From contig CM119270.1 of assembly GCA_051294375.1 (NCBI GenBank), positions 7,640,095 to 7,704,094 of the forward strand: a stretch of DNA of 64,000 nucleotides, in the 5' to 3' direction. Source of the DNA: Paraspadella gotoi. Lineage: Eukaryota > Animalia > Chaetognatha. A model generated the notes under the pieces. The model was not told the DNA's origin. It made no database searches and worked only from the letters and a program-made list of their open reading frames with translations. The translations under genes were made by a program, and so were the position numbers. The number at the start of each line of letters is the position of its first letter. Position 1 is the stretch's first letter. Below are positions 56,294 to 64,000 of the stretch, piece after piece.

Positions 56294-59228
56294 GTAAGTC
56301 GCGACACGGATTTGTTTATTATATAAAGAGTTTCTTGATCTTTTTATTATTGCAGAGATTGCCATATATTTTAAATTATTATTCGTACAATATGTATAAC
56401 AATTGATCATACGACTTTGTTCCAATTGTATTTTTAACTCTAGCAACCTGATTTTTTTTAGGAATACCTTTACGGATTGAGGGACGACTTACCACTGTGG
56501 TATTTCTCATATTTTGGACCGAAATTACCTTCGGACAAACAAAACAGTTATTTACTAAATACCGTCACTTTTGACCCTATTCCTTTTACAGACAAACCGG
56601 TGTCCATTCAGTGAGATCAACCGATTGTCATTTGACCTTAATTCCCTTTTCANNNNNNNNNNNNNNNNNNNNNNNNNTTTTTTTTTTCAATTCCTTTGAA
56701 GAACAGATTCAGATTCCTCGGTTAAAAGTTGATAAAAGAAAATATAAATCTTTTTTAAACAATTATTCCTTAAGTAGGTTAAAATTATAAAAAACTATAT
56801 TTTTAGGCTGGAAATTGAAAATCGGTATTTTAAATATAGTTTTTTACATTTTGACTAACTTAATAAAAGAATTTTAAAAAAGAATTATACTTTCTTTTAA
56901 CAAATTTTTGCAAGGAATCCAAATCCGATCTTAAAATTTGAAAATTTACATTTTAAAAATTTAGCCTATAATATACTTATTACTATATATGAATATAGCT
57001 CACTGGTCCCACTAATGCTATAAAATTAAAAAATAAATTTACCAAATATCTTTTAATATTTTATGTTCATTGTTTATATGCTAAATTTTAATTTTCTAAA
57101 ATTTTATCATTTTCACATCCACTCTACTGTCCAGCCTCTCTTCTCTCTCTCTTTCACTCATACACGCATTTTGTTTGTTTTACTTTACGATGAATGATTC
57201 ATCGCGTCAATGAATGACTAAGCATCGTATCAATGAATGATTATCATCATATCAATGAATGACTATCATGCATCAATCATTTGATTATATCACAATCAGT
57301 CATTTTGTTATCATCGCATCAATTATTGGTTATCATCGCGTCAATATTTGGTTATCATCAGCATCAATATTTTGTGTTATCATCGTATCAATATTTGGAA
57401 TATTTGTTACCATCAAAGAAAGCTGGCTCGATCCTTATGCTTTTAAGATTTTTTTATTATTAATTATTTTTCTTTAATTACTCATTATTTCTCAGGTTAT
57501 CATTTATAATAGGTTTATAGAAAAAAAATATATTAAAAAAAAAAAAAAAACGAATTAATCCCAACATTTTTTTGAGAGATATTTGACAATTTTATTATTT
57601 TCTTGAAAAGAAATAATCACATTTGTTTTTCCAGAAGATTTTTAATATTTTGATCTCAATACTAAAAAAATTATTTTGATCTATAAGTTATCATTAATAG
57701 AGTCGTTTCAAACTAAAACTATGATAACCATCTATCTTGTAATTGATTAAATTTTTTTAATATGAGCTAAAATATTTTTGCCACATGTTATATTATAGAC
57801 GAACAAAAATTGTATGTTCAAATCATTCATGTCACCTTCTTTTCTCAGCTTCTCTCGTCCTATTAATTCCAACCAACGCCTTTCTCTTTGAACCAATGGA
57901 ATCTTTTTCCATTTTAACACTTTTCTTTCTCCAAAGTCCTTGCTTGACTCAGACCTAGTTTAATGATGAAGCTTTTCCCAAGACTACATCTTTTTCTTCT
58001 TTTTTTCTTTTTCTTTTCTTTCTTTCTGTCATTCTTAAATTATGTCAGTCTTTCTTTCTTTCTTTCTTTCAGTTTTTCCGCCTCAAAATCTTTCTTTTTC
58101 AACTCCTTTCCTTCCCGAACTTTCTTTTTTATTCTTGTAATACTAACTTTTATTTAACTTTTCAAGCTCTATAGGAATCCGTTCTTAAAAAATTATTATT
58201 TTTTTTAATTTTTGTCATTTATTATATATTAATAAATATTTAAAAGCTTCAGTGCAACAACCCAAGTTGCATTGAAAATCGATTTAGTAATAGAAGGAAA
58301 AAATGAATTTTTTTGAGAGAATTAGAAGTTATAAAAAGTGTTCAATTTTGGCCCGCCTTACTAAACAGGTAAACAGGTCATATATTCACATAGAAAATTT
58401 GCTCGATGTTCCGTTTAAATTTTCTTTTTACGTTGCCCATTGCTGTATAAAATTTGACCGCTTCAAGTTTATAATCAATTCATTCATAATCAACTACATA
58501 TGTAAATACGTAAATAAAAACGTACATATTGCTGCTTATGCCGTTTCGAAAGAAAGAAGAAGAAGAAAGAAAGAAAACGAATCTAGAATAAAAGATATTA
58601 AGAATAAAAGAGACCTATATAAAGAGATAGTCAGCCAGGGACGTTGACCTTTTACAGTTGATATGTAAATCAATTACTTTGTCACTAATTCTAAAAGACT
58701 TTCTTGATGTCATTTCGCCGAATCCAACTTTAGGCGGATTTTATCCGAGTCGCGGATCTGATTCTGTTTTTGGTCCTGATTTCATTTGCGATGATATCAT
58801 GTTTAAAAATTGTTTATATGTTGTGGCAACATATCGACTCTCGCCACTCTCACATTAATACTCATCTATGCAATCAATAAATACAACAATATAATAAATA
58901 CATCAATACATCAACCACTCATCAAGACCTTAAACACCTTGCATATGAGAATCGGGGCGTTCTTTCCAATTCAGTAAATCTGTCACTCAGTCAGCATGTT
59001 TCCCAGTCACTCACCTTGTCTTCATTCGGATATCATTTCGACATCCCGAAATGTCAGTTGCCTCTTATAAACTTGACATTTATTTATCAATTTTCGCTCT
59101 TTCGCCAATATAATTGTCATTCGTGGTTACCGGAAGAGAGGAGCGCCTTCAAGTTTTTTTCCCTTCGATACTAACTAGATATAATAATAATTCGATCATC
59201 GTATATACAAAGAATAATCCGCCCAAGG

Positions 59229-61459
59229 ATGAAGGGAAATTCGTCACCTCTGGAGGTGGTTATGATCACCGTTCTGGAGTCTGTTGCTGACTTGCTCACA
59301 GATTTGAAGACACATCAGCCAGCCTCTCGTTCGACGAGCGCTCAATGAATGATTTTGGTTACTGTTTTTTGCAGTTTTTTGTTTTCATTGCGTCGCTTCA
59401 AGATTTATGGTTTGACCATCATTATCAAGCATGAGCATCATTTTAAATCTGGAAAACTTGGCGGCGAAAAGCGATGACGGTTGTTCTTCATTTGGTTGGA
59501 TTGGCGGCGATTCCTCTTCCCTTGATTATGTTTTCGGAGAAAATAGGAATTCTCCTCTCGTTTTAAAAATTCAAAGAAAATCATCTTTTTTAATTTGAAC
59601 CTAATTCAAGCTTTTTAATCGTTTTTACAATTGCTTCTTCAAACTGCATCTCAGTTTTTACTTATGATTCGTTCTAAAATGAATTTTGTTTTTTAATGAA
59701 GATATATTATCAATTTATCAGAAAATTTCCCCTCATACGCGGAAAAGTATTCGCTACTTATTGTAGAATGCAGATACTCGTTTAAATTGTTATTGTGAAA
59801 TGGGTTTAGGGTAAACGAAAAAAACTTTTCTTGCAATAGGAAAATTCGCGATTATAAGCAAGGTAATCTCAATGGTCTGTCATCTACTTTGATTGGAATT
59901 ATTTATTTTTTTGGATCTAAATTTGAGGGCAAAAAAAATTATAAGACGATCAGTGTCATTTTGGGATGTATTCAAGGAAGCATTTGACTTGGGTTGAGCC
60001 TTTACGTAATTTCTCGCATATTCGCGCATATCTTCTTCTTTTTATTATTTTTTCTTTTAATATTAGTCGCGTTTTACTTGTTATGAGCTTTCATACTTAT
60101 CTACTCAATCAAGCAAAACTTATTTTATTTTGAAGATCAGCCAGTTCATAATTGAAAGAAGACTGGAACCAAAGATTTTGTGCCCTTTTTTTCATTTTTT
60201 TTATTGTTTCTATTGGTTTAAATTTTAAGGTTAACCATATTTTTATTTACATCGTTTACAGAAATCACTGGCTATTTAAGAATGCTAGTAGGCAATTTAG
60301 AAAGGTGGTTGCTTTACTGATAGGGTCTTACAAAATGAATAATGAGAATCATATTCATATATCCGTTCTTACTGAACATAATAACCAAGTCTCACTTATT
60401 GTAAATAAGTTTTATAGTTCTTTCTATCCACCAGAACTTTTACCAATAACTCGCGAGCAGGGTGGCATGACAGTATTTCTTGGAAATAGCTTGGTATTTT
60501 TTGTACAATCTAAATTCATTTTCAGTTTACTCTTTCTCGAAGAAATTTTAGTTCTATTTGATTTACTCTTGTTGTTATTTATCAAAAAAAAGATTTTTAA
60601 ATTTATTTTGAAGCTTGAATCTGGTATTTTTTTGGCCGCTTTATCAGGTTTGAACGTAATCTACAAAAGTAGCGAAGCAGAGGCTCGACCAGCCTTTAAA
60701 AGAGACGATGAAAAAGTCTCTCTCATGGCCGCCAATTTTTTTCCTTTAGCTATTTTATCCGTAATCTTAATTACGATGCAAAAAGTTTTAGAGCGGCCTC
60801 GTAGAAGAATTTTACATTATTCTCTAAAGGTTCTGTTTTTAGTCATCACAGTATGCGGACCTTTCATAGTTTTTCACGCGGTTCGTGATTTTAGAGTAGA
60901 AAAGTATTGGAGAATCATAAACATTTGCTTCAAGAATGATTCTTATCAAGGCCCAGTCATTGACTGGTCTTCGGATACTGAAGCAATAAGACGCTTTTAC
61001 CTTCACTACAATCTCAATAAAAATTTGTTTTTCCTGTTCAGTCTATCGTTTTTTCCTTTTCTTAATTTATTATGTTCTATAATATTGACCCGAAAAAAAC
61101 GGAACGTTTTTAAAAAGTTACTTTTGATTTCAATTTTTTCTTTATTCTATGCATTTCTATATGTTTTTTTAAATTCCTATAGAAACAGGTTTGGAATTAT
61201 AAAGTCGCCTTCATATCCTATAGAACGATTCATAGGAGAACTTCAAGCGATTGTGCGATGTTGCACAACAGATGCTTTAATTAAAAAAAATTATCAGATG
61301 GGATACTGCAGTTATTATGAAACTTATTATGGAAAAATTATTTCTAACTTTATGTACAATTTCAAAGAATTAGTCGATCGAGATTTTACGGATTTTGCCA
61401 ACTTATCGTGTTTGATATTTTTGATTTTACCAACGTTAGTTATACTCGTGCATGTCTAA
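59229..61459 (+). CDS. XK-related multipass membrane protein, full-length intronless copy (~740 aa inferred; 5' part frameshifted, 3' 435 aa open)
   Basis: ATG MKGNSSPLEVVMITVL..VADLLTDL at 59229, colinear with 43642-44696, then open frame 60152-61459 with many hydrophobic helices ending LILPTLVILVHV*. Confidence 0.65.
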
Positions 61460-61697
61460 ATATAAAAGTTGGTATACTGAAAACAACAGTGTTTTTGAAA
61501 TGTTATGTATTTTATGCATTTGCATGTTGAACAATTTTTTGAATAAATAGACGTAGCTTTTAATTCTCTATAATATAATATCAGTAACGGTTTCTGATAA
61601 GATATTTATTATATGTTGCCGTAACTGCGATGACTTTTATCATTTTAAAATAAATGGAGACTAAATCCATAACGCCTAGATGGAACTGTTTATGAAT

Positions 61698-63017
61698 TAG
61701 GGTTCTCGATACACCGTGTTATATCTTTGATAGACATTTCGCTTTAACCCGGAGTCTCTAAAACTAATATTTTTAACGGTTTAACGGCACGCGTTAAAAA
61801 TCGTGTTTCTACATTTTTATAATATTATAATACTTTTCTAAGAGAGGGAATACCAATCTTATTTTTTGTTTTTATGTTCTCTGGACATGTTTCGACTCTG
61901 TGCAGATTAAGCAGTCTTTCCATCCAGCATCGCTTATTTTTCTTTTAGTTGTTAGTTTCTTTCTCTAAAAACGCTTGTCCTCCTTCTGTTTTTATTTTTC
62001 ATAAACGCCCATACCAATTAAAGGTATAGCATATATATAATATTTTTTTTGAATTGAAAAGTTTTTGAATTGATCGATTTGAATCCAAAAGAATTTATTG
62101 ATTATTAAATTATTTTTTTCTAGTTTATTAAACAATATACTCATGATTGAGAGTATACGCCCTTTTACATGTCCATTTAAGATTAGTCTTTCTCTAATTC
62201 ATGAGTTATTAATTTTTTTATACAATTTATTCCTATTTATTTGGTTTTTGTAAAATAATTTTTTTTTTCATTCATGGTTTGGTGTTTATTTCATTTTTTG
62301 CTTCTTTTGTTTGGTTTAAATAGTGAAATAAAATAAAATAGGTTGCAAATAGGATATTATTTAATTTTTACCATAAGAATTACTGGGATTTGCAAGAAAA
62401 ATGTTGCAACTATGTGCATGTGCATATATTATTGTATATTTCAATTATATTCCTTTGATGTAAGCAGGTAAAAATTAATTTGACAGGGACAGAAAAACGA
62501 AAAAAAAAAAAAATTGGGAGGAAAAAATAAGTAGTGTAAGAATATATGAGGAAAAAACACTGAGGGGCACTAAGAAAATAACATGAAAGGTAAAAGAAAA
62601 GGGAGAAAATAAGGAGAGGAAAACAAAAGGGAGAAAAGAAGCGAGGGGAAAAGAGAGACAACGAGAGAGATAGGTTAACAGAAGGAGATTAGTTATACTC
62701 GAGACACAAGATAAATAAGGGTTTGAAAATTTAACAGAAGCGTTAAAAACACACACTACGGTAAACAAATGGAAGAGGAGAGAGCGTGAAAAATATGGTG
62801 AGAAGGAGAGGAGAATAAGAGAGGACAAGGAGAAAATTCACTTTTCTTTTAAAAAATCAAAAGATTTATACCAAAAATAAAAAAAAATCATATTTTAACA
62901 AACTTAACACGATTAACCCGTTAAAAATATAAATTAATTTAACGGTTAGGTTAAAATTATTTTTAAACCGTTAAATCAACCGTTTGTAAACTGTTAACGG
63001 TTCAACTGTTAACTCTA
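61698..63017. mobile_element. non-autonomous hAT-like DNA element
   Basis: Ends TAGGGTT.../...AACTCTA, with clustered TTAACGG/CCGTTAA subterminal motifs at both ends. Flanks GTTTATGAAT and GTTATTGATT resemble a noisy TSD. Absent from the paralogous stretch at ~50890-50950. Confidence 0.55.
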
Positions 63018-64000
63018 GTTATTGATTGGAATGAAAAAAAGTGTTTGTTTAGTTGCTTTTTTCGCATAATAAGATTGAAAGTCCACACACACTCTTGCCG
63101 AATTAAACGCGAATTGGGACCCGACGCAATCTAAATTTTTTTAAATCTTGTTCTACTACACAGTGAAGAGAGAAAAGTTTGGAAGTGTGTGTCTGCTGGT
63201 GAAAACATGACTGATAAAAATATTATAGTATATGTATTAAATATAAAGCTGTATATAGTGTTAAAATTAGCAAAAGACTCATTACTTCATTAATAACTAA
63301 AACATTAATAAATAAAATAAAACAGTAGCACTAACTTTCAAAACTGAGCACTGAAACTGAGCTCTTATCAAAAATTCTTAATTCTAAAACTTGGCTATGC
63401 CATACCAAGTTCCAGAACAGTAAATAACTAATAATACATCAATGCACAATTTTAAAAATGCCTTTTCCGTTTCGTTTTATTAAAAAACAATCTTTTTAAG
63501 ACAGTGTTTTGATAACTATGGTAGGATTTTTTACGATATTATTGATAATTCTATGTTATATAATATATGATAACTGTCATATAACAATAAAAAACCATTA
63601 GCAGTCATAATAGATCAAAAACATTTAATGATAACGTTTGATTGATTTCCGATTTGGGACACGGTCATTATGGGTGAAAAGTTGAAAACTATTTTTTCAA
63701 TATTTTTTTCTCATGGCAAGATGAGTAAATAGTTTTAANNNNNNNNNNNNNNNNNNNNNNNNNNNNNNNNNNNNNNNNNNNNNNNNNNNNNNNNNNNNNN
63801 NNNNNNNNNNNNNNNNNNNNNNNNNNNNNNNNNNNNNNNNNNNNNNNNNNNNNNNNNNNNNNNNNNNNNNNNNNNNNNNNNNNNNNNNNNNNNNNNNNNN
63901 NNNNNNNGTTGTAGTTCACGCCAACATTCGGTCAATTGTGCTTGGGTGAAACGCAAAATATGATTGATGACACTGTAGCGGTAGTATTTCATACCCCGTT

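Overview
This window is eukaryotic, very probably an invertebrate animal: it is AT-rich, not CpG-depleted, microsatellite-rich and has GT-AG introns. It comes from a draft scaffold with many N gaps, many exactly 25 N. Long stretches carry dense indels like uncorrected long reads, so most genes appear frameshifted and almost all ORFs in the supplied track are spurious. Recognisable content: (1) inverted arrays of a ~12-bp TTTGCACAGGAA minisatellite around a possible decayed MULE transposase (4.0-10.2 kb); (2) a coiled-coil gene (13.4-16.2 kb, +); (3) a CUB + C-type-lectin exon (19.5-20.6 kb, -); (4) several copies of a divergent intronless XK-related membrane protein locus (38-61.5 kb), some probably assembly artefacts; (5) a mucin/EGF/SEA-like gene (53.4-56.3 kb, +); (6) small HINE-like and hAT-like insertions. 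The stand-out signal is at 50.5-52.0 kb: a 643-bp non-autonomous LTR retroelement (TRIM-like; tRNA-Trp-like PBS, PPT, 4-bp TSD) plus a solo LTR. Each ~234-bp LTR carries a tRNA-like (Pol III-type) module immediately followed by a P5-permuted twister ribozyme fold. This suggests a twister-based, Pol III-driven LTR retrozyme predicted to release a 422-nt circularisable RNA. All calls were made by eye and none has been checked against a database.
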